Below are positions 1 to 11,066 of a stretch of DNA of 64,000 bases, piece after piece (position 1 is the first letter of the stretch; each line of letters opens with the position of its first letter). The stretch lies in IMG/VR virus record IMGVR_UViG_3300030098_006079. One strand, given 5' to 3'. Source of the DNA: a virus. Taxonomy: Duplodnaviria > Caudoviricetes. A program made the position numbers and the translations under genes. The notes beneath the pieces were generated by a model. That model was given only the letters and a program-made list of their open reading frames with translations. It did not search any database and had not been told where the DNA came from.

Positions 1-1359
1 GGTCATTATTCCTTACATTGTAACACAACAGCTAACCAGAACGTTGCAGTCGGTGCTTGTACATTAATGAACAACTTAACAGGATCTAATAATACTGCAG
101 TTGGTCATGGTGCTTTACATTCTAATACTACCGCGGCTAATAACGTTGCTGTAGGTCAATGCGCTTTGAGAAATAACTGCTGTAGTGGTGCAAAAGAAAA
201 TGTCGCGGTAGGTGCAACAGCTTTGCTTGCTAACTGTTCTGGTTGTAGAAATAATGCTCTTGGTACATCCGCTTTACAATGTAATACAAGCGGTGTTAGA
301 AACCAAGCATTTGGTGGTTGGGCGTTACGTAGAAATACAACAGGTAGTAACAATACTGCTAGTGGTTATTATTCTCTTAATTGTAATACTGGTGGTAGTC
401 AGAATACAGCTTATGGACATTATACTCTTAGAAGTAATGTTACTGGAAATTGTAACACTGCGATGGGTTCATGTGCTGGTTGTGGTACGACAACAGGATC
501 CGTGGTAGCAATAGGCGCTGCGGCTCTTAAAGACAATACAAGCGGAGTTAACTTGGCGGTCGGTTATTGTGCTGCTGGTAGAACCACCTCAGGTGGTCAG
601 AATACTGTTGTGGGTACTCGCGCCATGGAATTGAATACAACTGGTGGTTGTAACACAGTAATGGGTGACCACGCCATGCATTATAATACAGGTAATTATA
701 ATACAGCCATGGGTCGTTTAGCTGGTTATTGTAGCATTGGTACAGAAAACGTTTATATAGGTTATAAAACTGCATGTATATCTACTAGCGCTAATTACAA
801 CACATTTGTTGGATCAGGAGCTGCTGCTAATAATACTGTTGGAGATTGTCATACTAGTCTTGGAGCAGGTACAGGACCAACTGCTTGTAACTTAACTAAC
901 ACTATTTCAATTGGTTACAATGTAACGGTTGCAGCTAACAACTATACATGCATTGGTAACAGTGCAACGGTCTGCTCAGTTGTCCCGAACATTTCTACTA
1001 ACTGCTTTACGACTGGTGCGTTCATGGAAAGTAACCTCAGCTCCTTTGAGATAAAGGGCAATCCTACAGGAACGGTATTGATATGGAAAGATGGTAAAGC
1101 TATACCTTGTGAAGAAGAATACGATGTAACAGTATTAGGTGTAGCTGCAGATAATAATGAATCTCCTATTATAATTGGAGCAGAGCCAGTGTTAGTAACT
1201 GGACCAATTAACGAAGGAGACTTTATTGTTACATCTGACAAGAGAGGACATGGAAAGAAAGGATTTAGTAACAACTTGTTTGGTAAAGTTATTGCTCAGG
1301 CATTAGAGTCTGGAGATGGTGATAGCTATACTATCAAGGCTATGATTAGGAAAATGTAA
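1..1359 (+). CDS. Cys-rich tail fibre/adhesin-like protein, 5'-truncated; N-T-A-x-G repeats, C-terminal peptidase G2-like chaperone domain
   Basis: Frame open from base 1 (GHYSLHCNTT...); ~14-aa NTAxG repeats of YadA/Hep_Hag type; C-terminus PVLVTGPINEGDFIVTS..GHG..GKVIAQALE. Confidence 0.75.
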   Translation, partial: GHYSLHCNTTANQNVAVGACTLMNNLTGSNNTAVGHGALHSNTTAANNVAVGQCALRNNCCSGAKENVAVGATALLANCSGCRNNALGTSALQCNTSGVRNQAFGGWALRRNTTGSNNTASGYYSLNCNTGGSQNTAYGHYTLRSNVTGNCNTAMGSCAGCGTTTGSVVAIGAAALKDNTSGVNLAVGYCAAGRTTSGGQNTVVGTRAMELNTTGGCNTVMGDHAMHYNTGNYNTAMGRLAGYCSIGTENVYIGYKTACISTSANYNTFVGSGAAANNTVGDCHTSLGAGTGPTACNLTNTISIGYNVTVAANNYTCIGNSATVCSVVPNISTNCFTTGAFMESNLSSFEIKGNPTGTVLIWKDGKAIPCEEEYDVTVLGVAADNNESPIIIGAEPVLVTGPINEGDFIVTSDKRGHGKKGFSNNLFGKVIAQALESGDGDSYTIKAMIRKM

Positions 1360-1380
1360 CTAGAGATCTCGAGAAAAATT

Positions 1381-1394
1381 TTTTTGCAAAACTC
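1381..1394. repeat. TTTTTGCAAAACTC motif, copy 1 of 3
   Basis: Exact 14-mer also at 46364-46377 and 47055-47068; palindromic core TTTTGCAAAA. Confidence 0.7.
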
Positions 1395-1442
1395 GGGGAG
1401 ATTTTACATTAAGGGGTTTAAAAAATAAATAATTAAAGTTAT

Positions 1443-4400
1443 ATGGCGAAAATTGTTATAACTAACGGTACTATTCACTCAGATGATGATTTTAACTTAA
1501 CATCTGGATCGGATGCGAATACACGTAATAACTTCCGGATATGTAAGCAAAAAGATTCACATACCCGATTACGTTCATTATCATCCTTTAGAATAAAAAC
1601 GCACGATTTACTCAATACTGGTAATGCAGAGATTTGTGGAAATCTTACTGTACATGGTACCTGTACTGTTCTTAATACTACCTTATGTTTAACAGATACA
1701 ACTGCGACTGATAACTTTACTCTTGTATCTACTGATGCGGGTGCGTCTGCTGCTCCTGATTTTAAACTGTATAGAAACTCAGCCAGCCCAGCTAATAACG
1801 ATTCTTTAGGCCATATTAAATTTAGTGGTAAGGATGCTGCCGGCAATGAAACTGAGTATGCAAGTATAAAGGGTTGTATCCAATCTGTTGGTTCTGGTAG
1901 TGAGTGTGGCGCAATGTTAGGTAATGTTGTTATTAATGGGTCATCAACTGATATAATCAGAGTTGATTATGCAGGTTTGTGGACTCAAAACAACAAAAAT
2001 TTGTATCTTAATGGAAGTGGTCAACTTCGAAATTACGGGGCTTGTTTAAGACTATCTACAGGAGGAGGAGACTATAAAATAACATTCGAGCCAGACTCTA
2101 CTGTTAAAATGTGTTTACATGGAGGAGAGTTAACAGTTTGTAATAAAGTTTATACACCAATATTAAGAGCTACTGCTTGTACATTTTATGGTGCTTGTGG
2201 TTCTAGTAAATTATCCTCTGATGGAGATAATATGCGCCATACTACACAGTATGGTTGTATTAATTTTGGTCCAGGTAATGCTAGTTATGCTCATATAACA
2301 ACTGATAGAAGTCAATTTTATTTTAATAAACAGCTTGTAGTCGATTCTGGCGTTGTAATGTCTTACAATGAAGATCTTAAACTTTCACGTGCTGGTAATA
2401 GTGTAAATGCTATTTATATATGTAGCGCTCTAACAACTAGTTGTAATCCAACTAAACTATTTTCACAACAAGGACATACCATACCGCAGACTGGTAATGC
2501 TGTGTGTTGGTTGAAATTTGGATCTTTATGTATACCGCAACACGGTTATAAGATGCGCATGAAAGTTGTTGCGAGTAATGGTTACGGTTCTAGTACAACT
2601 GACACTACTCAAGAAACAACACTTTTATTTCAAACTGCAAACACCGGTGAAGCTAGTTCCGGTTCAAGTGTGTGTGCGTGTGTACATTCATTTATAGAAG
2701 GTAGTACGAAACGTGAATCAGATGCTCCTTACTGTTTTATTGTACACGAAGTTAATTCCGCATTATTTGAAATATTTGGTAAATTTAACACTTATACAGG
2801 AACCGGTAGTTATTATACAATAGAATCTGGACCTACTACATGTTGGATTGCATGTAACTCTTTTGTAGATCCTGATTCTTGTTCAGGTTCTTGTATAGTA
2901 TCTATACCTAATAGAGGTACTATATTTTGTACATCTTCCTCTACTACATGTATATGTGGTTCTGCTATTGTTCAGGGCGATATATGCATGAATAACAATT
3001 CGCGTGGTTATAAATTAGGTACTGATACCGGTGGTTCTGGTAGTAGAGCTTTTCTAGCATTAGATTCTGACGGTTCTGATGGTATTGGAGCTGGTTCTGA
3101 TTATTTCTTCGTTGCTAATGATGGTTCTGATACCAGATTTTATAATGAAGGCCCGGAACATATAAGACTATGTGGTAGTTCGTGTGTTGCTTTTTGTAAA
3201 CCGATAGCAGTTCACTGTTGCGCAAGAATAGCTACTATTAGAAACTTTACCAATACTACATACATGTGTCTTTGTGGTGGTTGTTGTTTGATAGGTGGTA
3301 TACAGTTTAAAGACTGTCAAGGTTGTGACCGTGGCTGGGTGTATCATGATGGTGCTGCTAATTTTGGTTTATTATCATGTGCTGGATCTTGGGCTATTAA
3401 AATAACAGGTACTAGTAATATACAAAGCTCTTACACTCATTGTTTTTCCGGAAATATTGGTCTTGCTGGTGGATCTGCTAGTCGGGTGTGTATAGCTGGT
3501 AAGCGCGCTATAGAAGGTAATAGTTGTATATTATCTTTAGGAGAAGATTGGGATTGTATATGTTTACGAGCTACTTGTACATATTCTACAGGAAACATAT
3601 GTACTACTGCATGTTTACAATCATCTGTGGTTTGTTCTACAGGTTGTGTAAAAACTCCGTTGATACAAGCGCAAGGCGGTGGAAGTTGTTTTGGTGCGCC
3701 TGCAGGTTGCGATGACTGGGAATGTAGTCCTATTAGCATTAGAGAAAGAGGAGCAGTTTCTTCTAATCAAAGTCATGATTGTTATGCTCCTAACTTAAAC
3801 TTTCATTGGGCTGGTAGAGTTTCAAACTCTTTGTATATGGCGGCGAACGGTCACTTAAAGTTTGGTTCTTATAATAGCAGCGGTTGTCCTGATGGTCCGA
3901 ACGGTGTTTTCTGGGCTGGTACTCTGTGTGGTAATACTTGTGTAAAATCTCCTATTGTTTGTGGTACAACATGTTTAGCTACTAATGTTATTTCTAGTAG
4001 TGGTAGTGCACCATCTGATTACGGTGCATTGGCGATTGAAGGAGCCAAAGGAGGTTATGGTGGTGTTCATTTCTGTGGGTATACATTTATGGCAGCATCA
4101 GATTGCGGTGGCGGTGGTATTTATAACGATACTCACAATCAATGGGCTATATGGAATGGTGCAAATGCTGCTACTTACATTTATCATGCTGGTAATGCGA
4201 AATTACATACTATCACCAATGGTGTACGAGTATGCAAAGAATCAAACGCCGGGTATATAGACATTTGCCCATCAGGTGGTTGGGGTCATCTTATAACTAG
4301 TAACAATTGTTTCTACATGAACGTACCATTGATGGTCAATGGAGGTAGTATTGGTTCTTATGACGAAGATTTAACGCTACAAAGAGGTTATTCCCTTACT

Positions 4401-5168
4401 GCTGCTGAAAGTATAAAGATTACATCAGGTACTACTCATATATGTCAGCTTACAAAAGTTCATGGTTGTATATGCGCTACCTCTAACATTCAAACTGCAG
4501 GTAAGATTCATATTTGTTCTGCTCATAATTGTCTTCATATGGCGTCTATCTGTGATGCCACGAACTATAACTTTACCATATGCTCAATGTATAATTGGGC
4601 TTGCTCTCTCCGTATTACAAACAGGGGCGTACCCATATTAAAGGTATGCTCTGGAAATTGTATTACTTCACTATGGGGTAATAATACCGAAAGGATTTGC
4701 CTTCATCCTACGGGTACAAAAATAGTTGGAGATTTATGCGTTACAGGTCAGGTTTGTGCAGATGGTATGGAGGGAGATACTCTCACAAGCCAGACTGTAT
4801 GTACAGGTACTATTTGTTTTAATACTAGTTGTGTAACAGGGTTGGATGCGGTATATGATGTGTATGTTTCAGCTAACCCAAATTGTGGTGGTTCAACACT
4901 ATATAGAGATATAGTACATATGTCAGTATATGTTACCACAGGTTGGAGTGGTTCAGCAGTGACTAAGTACATTAACCACGTAAATAATTTTGTTAGAGGA
5001 GCTGTACATGGTTCTGGCGCCGGTTCGGTAACTGCCGTTCCTAAATTATTAGTCGGAACAACAGGTTGTGAGTGTTATGCTGCTGCTTGTGCGACTTGTT
5101 TGCAAATTCAAGTAGCGGGTGGGTCAAATAAATATGACACGTGTGTGAAAATTAAAAGAGTTTTATAA
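1443..5168 (+). CDS. Cys-rich long tail fibre-like protein (1241 aa)
   Basis: G/S/T/N-rich beta-repeat composition, VCxxTCV repeats, about 85 Cys by hand count; preceded by ATAAATA late-type promoter. Confidence 0.7.
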   Translation: MAKIVITNGTIHSDDDFNLTSGSDANTRNNFRICKQKDSHTRLRSLSSFRIKTHDLLNTGNAEICGNLTVHGTCTVLNTTLCLTDTTATDNFTLVSTDAGASAAPDFKLYRNSASPANNDSLGHIKFSGKDAAGNETEYASIKGCIQSVGSGSECGAMLGNVVINGSSTDIIRVDYAGLWTQNNKNLYLNGSGQLRNYGACLRLSTGGGDYKITFEPDSTVKMCLHGGELTVCNKVYTPILRATACTFYGACGSSKLSSDGDNMRHTTQYGCINFGPGNASYAHITTDRSQFYFNKQLVVDSGVVMSYNEDLKLSRAGNSVNAIYICSALTTSCNPTKLFSQQGHTIPQTGNAVCWLKFGSLCIPQHGYKMRMKVVASNGYGSSTTDTTQETTLLFQTANTGEASSGSSVCACVHSFIEGSTKRESDAPYCFIVHEVNSALFEIFGKFNTYTGTGSYYTIESGPTTCWIACNSFVDPDSCSGSCIVSIPNRGTIFCTSSSTTCICGSAIVQGDICMNNNSRGYKLGTDTGGSGSRAFLALDSDGSDGIGAGSDYFFVANDGSDTRFYNEGPEHIRLCGSSCVAFCKPIAVHCCARIATIRNFTNTTYMCLCGGCCLIGGIQFKDCQGCDRGWVYHDGAANFGLLSCAGSWAIKITGTSNIQSSYTHCFSGNIGLAGGSASRVCIAGKRAIEGNSCILSLGEDWDCICLRATCTYSTGNICTTACLQSSVVCSTGCVKTPLIQAQGGGSCFGAPAGCDDWECSPISIRERGAVSSNQSHDCYAPNLNFHWAGRVSNSLYMAANGHLKFGSYNSSGCPDGPNGVFWAGTLCGNTCVKSPIVCGTTCLATNVISSSGSAPSDYGALAIEGAKGGYGGVHFCGYTFMAASDCGGGGIYNDTHNQWAIWNGANAATYIYHAGNAKLHTITNGVRVCKESNAGYIDICPSGGWGHLITSNNCFYMNVPLMVNGGSIGSYDEDLTLQRGYSLTAAESIKITSGTTHICQLTKVHGCICATSNIQTAGKIHICSAHNCLHMASICDATNYNFTICSMYNWACSLRITNRGVPILKVCSGNCITSLWGNNTERICLHPTGTKIVGDLCVTGQVCADGMEGDTLTSQTVCTGTICFNTSCVTGLDAVYDVYVSANPNCGGSTLYRDIVHMSVYVTTGWSGSAVTKYINHVNNFVRGAVHGSGAGSVTAVPKLLVGTTGCECYAAACATCLQIQVAGGSNKYDTCVKIKRVL

Positions 5169-5174
5169 AATACT

Positions 5175-8100
5175 ATGGGATTATTAAGTCAACAATACGG
5201 AAAACTAGTCGAGCTTACTGCAGGAAGTACTTTATGTACCCCTACTATTCGCGCGAATGCGGATAACGGTAGTGGGTGTGTACGGTTTGGTAATATATGT
5301 GTGGGTTCCGAAAACCTGTACAACACAATACAGAGTTGCACTAACCTCCACTTTCGCGCAGCGGGTAACTGTCCTATTATTGTAGGAGACTCTGGCTCTA
5401 CTCATACTAAAATCTGTAATGCAGTATGTTCTCCTATACTTTGTGGTACAACATGTCTATCTACCGCGCAAGTCATTGGTACAAAAGTTTCTGTTGGTTC
5501 TCTTAATACGAATTATGATCTTTACAATAATGGTACGAGTTATTTAAATGGTCATGTCACAATAGATGATAGTTTAGCCATTACAGGCGCGAAGATAATG
5601 AAAACTGGTGGTTATAATAAACCAGGTATTCAAATGTGCGGTACAGGAAATTATAGTTTTTGCGACCTAAACGTTTTTCTTAAAAATACAGGTGCTGCTA
5701 ACTCTGCTATATTCTCTGATTATGAACCACATGGAGAGTGGGGATTATTTCATGATAATAATGATGACGCATTTTATATTACTGCAGGGTCATCATGTCA
5801 TAATGTAGGCAGTTTTAATATGAAAAACTGCGCTGGTACAGTTAGAACAGCGTACATTAAACAAAAATTTGTTCAAGGTAATGGTAATGCGGAGATCGGA
5901 GGGAGTCTTTCTGTAAGCCCTGATTGTTCAAATAATTATAATGGTATGGCGATTGGTTGTACTTATACTAATATTGGTGGTTGGCACACTCAGCTTAGTA
6001 TGTATGGAGGCTCTCATGCAGTTGCAAGATGGAATCATGGCGCTGGTACAGATGGGGCTAATAACTCTCGGCATAACTGTATATATGCACACGTAGACAA
6101 TCCATTTGTAATCTGTAGTTCTGGTAATATTAGGTTAAAACCCGGTACTGGTACGACAGTTTCGTGTGGTATGTTTTGCGCCGGTTGTGTATGTGGTGTT
6201 ACTTGCGTATATTCAAATTGTGTATACGCCAACAAACTTCAGGCTGATACATGTGTTGTAACTGGTGATTTGTGTTTAACCGAAGACTATAGTGGAGACA
6301 TGTCTAACGGAATACAGTTAGGTCGTAGTATTGGTATACCGCAGGCAGCATGGGGAGAGTCTGGTGTGAAAACCGGTAGAATTGAGATTGGGTTACCAAC
6401 TAAAGATGGTGAAGGAGGTAGTAGTCATTTAGGTATGATTCATATGACTGTTGATGTATATGAATACGACGGTAATGATGTCTCGACTTTTATTATCGGT
6501 GGTCACAACTGGAGTTGTCGTTGGTACAATTGCGGTGCTCATATCACGGGAGGCTGCACAAACAAAACTATAAAATTAGCCTATCATGCTTGTGGTGGTA
6601 CTTGTAACGGAAGGTATGTTGTTCTAATTGGAGAGTGTGATAGCTCTTGGAACTATGGTTCGGTACATGTGAGAAGAATTAATAACGGACTGTATTACAA
6701 TGGTAATATGGATATGGGTACTCCTATGTATGTTAAGAGAGTTACTTGCTCTGATAGTTATTATAATTGTACTACTAGTGATTTAAGATCAGATTCAAAA
6801 AGTATGGCAGCATACCAATACGCTACGACCTGTGTTCACACTCCTAGGGTTTGTGCTACTACTTGTGTAAGGTCGTCTTATTTATACTCTACAGGTAATA
6901 TATGTGGTACTGAAATTTGCTCTGGTTCGTGGTTTAGAAATGCTAATTCAGGTCAAGGGTTGTATAATTCAGCTACAGGGTTTCATTTTTATTCCACAGC
7001 AGCAAATATTGTTCGGATTTATGGTGCTAGCGCTGATAATATCGGTCTACAAGGATATAGTTGTGGTGCTGCTCGTGGTTGTTTAAATTGGAATTGTTAT
7101 AATCAACTCAATGTGTACGACTCTGGTGGTAATGTTAGATTTTTAATAAACTCTAATACTGATATTAGACTGTGTAATACAACCTGTTTACATTGTAATA
7201 TATATGTTGGTGGCCGAATATTTGCTTGTACCCAGAGCGAAAGTCTCAACTTTAAAGGAGCTCGTGGTTGTTTTACTAATGAGTATATGCACCTATACAA
7301 TAAAGTAGGTATAGGTCATCCATCTGGCTGGGGGTGTGGTGAAACAAATACTCCTGATAAAGGACTTTCTACATATGGTAAAGCATGTATAGGTTATGGT
7401 GTATCTGCTTCGACTGATACATTGAAGGTTGCAGGAGGAGTTTCAACTCTCGGTGCAAAAGCTTTATATAGTGAGAGTTATGCAAATTCTTTTTATCCTG
7501 ATGCGGTTGGTACATGGAACCTTAAATCTGCATCTGGTCAGACTCACAGTAGCTTAAGATTTAGACGAGGGGATGGGAATATTGATGGTTATGTATATTC
7601 AAGTACAGGTGGGTATATAGGTTTTCTTGATTCAGCATCTTATTGGGCGTATGGTCATCAAACTAACGCGTGTCATTGGTGGAATATAAGCAATACTACG
7701 CATATGAAACTGTGTGGTAATTGTCTTTGTCATTGTCATACTATATGTGCTCAACATTGTTTACGCGCTGATAAAGTAGAAGGCGTTTCGTGCGTGCAAA
7801 GTTGTAGATATCAACATCATTGGCGCACTATAGCTATAGGAGGAGATTATGATAAGTTCTATCCTATTGGATTTACTGTGAAAGGTGGTAATAACTCTGA
7901 AGATATATTAGAAATAGCTCAACCTAGTGTTCACGCTCCGACCACTAGTTGCGGTGCTATGTATCTTAAATTAGGTGTTAATATTACAGGTTGGGGTCAT
8001 ATTAGTAATCATTATATAGTACACAAGTATGCAACTGGTGGTACTAATTCATTAGTATCCAAGGTTAGAGCAATCGACCATTCAACATGTAGAGTTGGTG

Positions 8101-9962
8101 TATGGTTACGAGGTGGTCTCACTTATTACTATAGATCTAGAGAAGGTACTATTGCTTGTAATATTACTGGTGGTACTACTGCGAGTTGTTTATCCTACGA
8201 TAATGCAAATAACGCTTATGATGTATCCGTACAGTATACTAGCTCTGTAGAGGATAACAATTTTGGTAATACAGGTGGTTGTAATGCTGGAAATGCTTAT
8301 TTAACTCACCATAGTAGTCTAGGTACAAGTGTAGTTCTAACTACCGATAACTTACAACAGGCTTTGTGTTGTGGGTGTTGTACAAACACAGTTTGTTTAG
8401 GAAATTGTGGTGTTATAAAAAATACAAACTTTACTACAGGGGTTGTTTGTGGTAATGATTGTGTAAGAGGTGGTAAGTTATGCTCTTCTGCATGGATATG
8501 CGCCAACACAGAAATATATCTCACTAATTGGGTAAGATTTAATACAGCGAATAAAGGTCTTTATTGGGCTGGTGCATGTCAGACACATCTTTACCCGGCG
8601 CAATCTAATTCAACTTTGTATTTGAGATCGTGTCACTCTAATACTAGTTTAGCAATAACTACAAGCAACAATACTACTATACGTGGTTATCTTTATGGTG
8701 ACTCGAGTAATAACTTTGGTTTCTTAGACTCTGATGGACAATGGGCTATAAGACACCTAGGTAATAATTGCACTGAATTTAGAATAGACAATGGAATAAA
8801 AGCAACTATATTCTCTTCATGTTTTTGTAGTAATAATGTTATATGCGCTGCTACATGTGTACATAGCGCAAAAATTTGCGGTACTCATTACGGAGATGGA
8901 TCTAACTTAACTGGTGTTGGTGGTGGTTACTGTACTTGTTGTAATACCACAATAAAAACTGGCGGTACAGATTGTGGTAATATATATTTAGGTAAAGATG
9001 TGTTCGCTTGTGGTGTTGCTCAGGGTAAAACAACAGGGCATTTTAGGAACGTTGCTATAGGTGATTTTGCAATGGGTGCTCTTGGGTGTGACCCACATAG
9101 TAACGTAGTTATTGGATATAGCGCCGGCTCAACTGCTGGAACAACTTGTTGTCGAGGCTGTAACGGCTATTGTTATAATGTATACATAGGTCGTAATGCT
9201 GGGGACGGTACTTTTAATGGATCAATCGGTGGTACCTCTAATACCGGTTCATGTAATGTGTTTGTTGGAGCATATACTGGCGGTGGTCCGCATAATGGGA
9301 AAAATAATGTTCTTATTGGAACTAACTCTGGTTACAATATGCAGTGCGGCGCGTCTTGTAATTTGTTTTTAGGTCATGGATCTGGCGGTCATGTAACTAC
9401 TGGTTGTAAGTGTGTTGTAATTGGTTATGGTAGTGGTCAGTGTTACGACAACGCATCAATTTGCGCTGCGTGTACTCATGTAGCAACGTTAAATAAAAGC
9501 TCTGGTTCTTTTATTATTCCGCATCCTGATCCAGCAAAAACAGCGACAACTGACTTACGACATAGTTATGTCGAATCTCCTACGAGAGGTGATAATATTT
9601 ATAGATGGCAAGTGGATGTTACTAATTGTTGTAACGTTATTACGTTGCCAAGCTATTATCAATTTTTAAATGAAAATGATATGGTATGGGTATCACCTGT
9701 AGAGCATTTCGGTTCAGCATATGGCAAAGTCACAGAAGATCAATGTTGTGCAATTATATGTACAAATGCTGACGGTAAATATAATGTTTTATTAGTAGGT
9801 ACAAGATGTGACTGTATGGCTTTAAATCATTGGAAGGGTGTTGAACCACCAATGGAGAGTACATCTCCAGCACTTAGCGCTATTACTGAAGAAAATCCTA
9901 ATGGGCCAGATTTTCCTCGTAGATTTGTATGTAATGTCAGAAAGCCAATGTCTGAATGGTAA
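5175..9962 (+). CDS. Cys-rich long tail fibre-like protein (1595 aa) with C-terminal chaperone-like domain
   Basis: GSWFR/NWVR fibre motifs, NxAIG repeats, C-terminal SGSFIIPHP..LRHSYVESP..ITLPSYY..LN domain typical of fibre ends. Confidence 0.75.
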   Translation: MGLLSQQYGKLVELTAGSTLCTPTIRANADNGSGCVRFGNICVGSENLYNTIQSCTNLHFRAAGNCPIIVGDSGSTHTKICNAVCSPILCGTTCLSTAQVIGTKVSVGSLNTNYDLYNNGTSYLNGHVTIDDSLAITGAKIMKTGGYNKPGIQMCGTGNYSFCDLNVFLKNTGAANSAIFSDYEPHGEWGLFHDNNDDAFYITAGSSCHNVGSFNMKNCAGTVRTAYIKQKFVQGNGNAEIGGSLSVSPDCSNNYNGMAIGCTYTNIGGWHTQLSMYGGSHAVARWNHGAGTDGANNSRHNCIYAHVDNPFVICSSGNIRLKPGTGTTVSCGMFCAGCVCGVTCVYSNCVYANKLQADTCVVTGDLCLTEDYSGDMSNGIQLGRSIGIPQAAWGESGVKTGRIEIGLPTKDGEGGSSHLGMIHMTVDVYEYDGNDVSTFIIGGHNWSCRWYNCGAHITGGCTNKTIKLAYHACGGTCNGRYVVLIGECDSSWNYGSVHVRRINNGLYYNGNMDMGTPMYVKRVTCSDSYYNCTTSDLRSDSKSMAAYQYATTCVHTPRVCATTCVRSSYLYSTGNICGTEICSGSWFRNANSGQGLYNSATGFHFYSTAANIVRIYGASADNIGLQGYSCGAARGCLNWNCYNQLNVYDSGGNVRFLINSNTDIRLCNTTCLHCNIYVGGRIFACTQSESLNFKGARGCFTNEYMHLYNKVGIGHPSGWGCGETNTPDKGLSTYGKACIGYGVSASTDTLKVAGGVSTLGAKALYSESYANSFYPDAVGTWNLKSASGQTHSSLRFRRGDGNIDGYVYSSTGGYIGFLDSASYWAYGHQTNACHWWNISNTTHMKLCGNCLCHCHTICAQHCLRADKVEGVSCVQSCRYQHHWRTIAIGGDYDKFYPIGFTVKGGNNSEDILEIAQPSVHAPTTSCGAMYLKLGVNITGWGHISNHYIVHKYATGGTNSLVSKVRAIDHSTCRVGVWLRGGLTYYYRSREGTIACNITGGTTASCLSYDNANNAYDVSVQYTSSVEDNNFGNTGGCNAGNAYLTHHSSLGTSVVLTTDNLQQALCCGCCTNTVCLGNCGVIKNTNFTTGVVCGNDCVRGGKLCSSAWICANTEIYLTNWVRFNTANKGLYWAGACQTHLYPAQSNSTLYLRSCHSNTSLAITTSNNTTIRGYLYGDSSNNFGFLDSDGQWAIRHLGNNCTEFRIDNGIKATIFSSCFCSNNVICAATCVHSAKICGTHYGDGSNLTGVGGGYCTCCNTTIKTGGTDCGNIYLGKDVFACGVAQGKTTGHFRNVAIGDFAMGALGCDPHSNVVIGYSAGSTAGTTCCRGCNGYCYNVYIGRNAGDGTFNGSIGGTSNTGSCNVFVGAYTGGGPHNGKNNVLIGTNSGYNMQCGASCNLFLGHGSGGHVTTGCKCVVIGYGSGQCYDNASICAACTHVATLNKSSGSFIIPHPDPAKTATTDLRHSYVESPTRGDNIYRWQVDVTNCCNVITLPSYYQFLNENDMVWVSPVEHFGSAYGKVTEDQCCAIICTNADGKYNVLLVGTRCDCMALNHWKGVEPPMESTSPALSAITEENPNGPDFPRRFVCNVRKPMSEW

Positions 9963-9998
9963 TACTTGAATTTTATCTATAACTAGATAAATTTTTAC

Positions 9999-11066
9999 GT
10001 GGACAAACATATTATCTTTCACGTAGAAGGCGGTATCGGTAAGAACATTATGGCTACGGCCGTAGCTGAAGCTATATCAAAAGCACATCCTGATAGAAAA
10101 TTAATCGTAGTAGCTGCATGGGCAGCAGTATGGGTAAATAATCCTCATATTGAACGTTTTTATATGCTGGGCGCTACTCCATACTTTTTTGAAGATTTTA
10201 TTAAAGGTAAAGATACTTGGATCTTTAAGTCTGAACCATACCACCATCATGACTTTTTAAACGGTAAGAGATACCTTGCAGATATTTGGTGTGAGCAACT
10301 AGGCGTACCATACAACGGAGAATTACCCACAATAGTTCTATCTAAAAATGAGAAAGATAATATGGATAGAAAGCTCCGTGGTTTTGGTAAGCCTATATTT
10401 GCTCTACAAACTAACGGAGGTGGTCCACAAGACTACCCAGTATCATGGGTAAGAGATGTACCTCTATCTAATCTTAAAGAAGTACTAAACGAAGTTAATA
10501 AAGAATATAAGATTATTCATATTAGGAGGAAAGATCAGTTAGAGATTAAAGGTATTGATTATATCGAAACTCCAAATGTAAGAGACCTATTTGCTCTTGT
10601 AGAATATTCTCATAACAGATTATTAATTGATAGCTTTGCTCAACACGCAGCAGTTGCATTAGATAGACCATCTACTGTATTATGGCCTATTGATAACGTT
10701 AAGACATTAGGTTATCCTGATTTTCATAACAATATTGTATCTAATGCTGATACTCGTAAAGTACATTTAATTGATAGTTACTTAGGTGCTCATCCGATCA
10801 ATGGAGAGTTCTTACATGAGTGTCCATTTGATAATGACAATATATTTGAATCCCAACCAATCTTCGACAGTCTCGAAGAATTAGAAGAGAAAGAATTTTA
10901 CGAAGCTCCTGCAGGGGTGAGAGTAAGTAACAAGCAAGAGAAGAACTTATTTGATACCGCTAAGCCGTTACCTCCAGAGCCTATGTTAGCTCAAATGAAC
11001 AATCCATTCCCTCCTGCACCAGGTAAACGTACTAATAGACAAAAACCTAAGAAACGTAGAAAGTAA
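9999..11066 (+). CDS. Glycosyltransferase, GT9 (heptosyltransferase)-like
   Basis: EGGIGKNIMATA, NNPHI, IDSFAQHAAVAL motifs of GT9-like fold; GTG start after ATAAAT. Confidence 0.65.
   Translation: MDKHIIFHVEGGIGKNIMATAVAEAISKAHPDRKLIVVAAWAAVWVNNPHIERFYMLGATPYFFEDFIKGKDTWIFKSEPYHHHDFLNGKRYLADIWCEQLGVPYNGELPTIVLSKNEKDNMDRKLRGFGKPIFALQTNGGGPQDYPVSWVRDVPLSNLKEVLNEVNKEYKIIHIRRKDQLEIKGIDYIETPNVRDLFALVEYSHNRLLIDSFAQHAAVALDRPSTVLWPIDNVKTLGYPDFHNNIVSNADTRKVHLIDSYLGAHPINGEFLHECPFDNDNIFESQPIFDSLEELEEKEFYEAPAGVRVSNKQEKNLFDTAKPLPPEPMLAQMNNPFPPAPGKRTNRQKPKKRRK

Noticed and set aside
1-9962. Reassignment of TGT/TGC codons to explain the Cys excess
   Set aside because: Conserved enzymes (PurT, ThyX, dCMP deaminase, ferredoxin) use Cys normally, and Cys replaces varied residues rather than one.
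1-9962. Diversity-generating retroelement acting on the fibres
   Set aside because: No reverse transcriptase in the window and no template/variable repeat pair differing only at adenines was seen.
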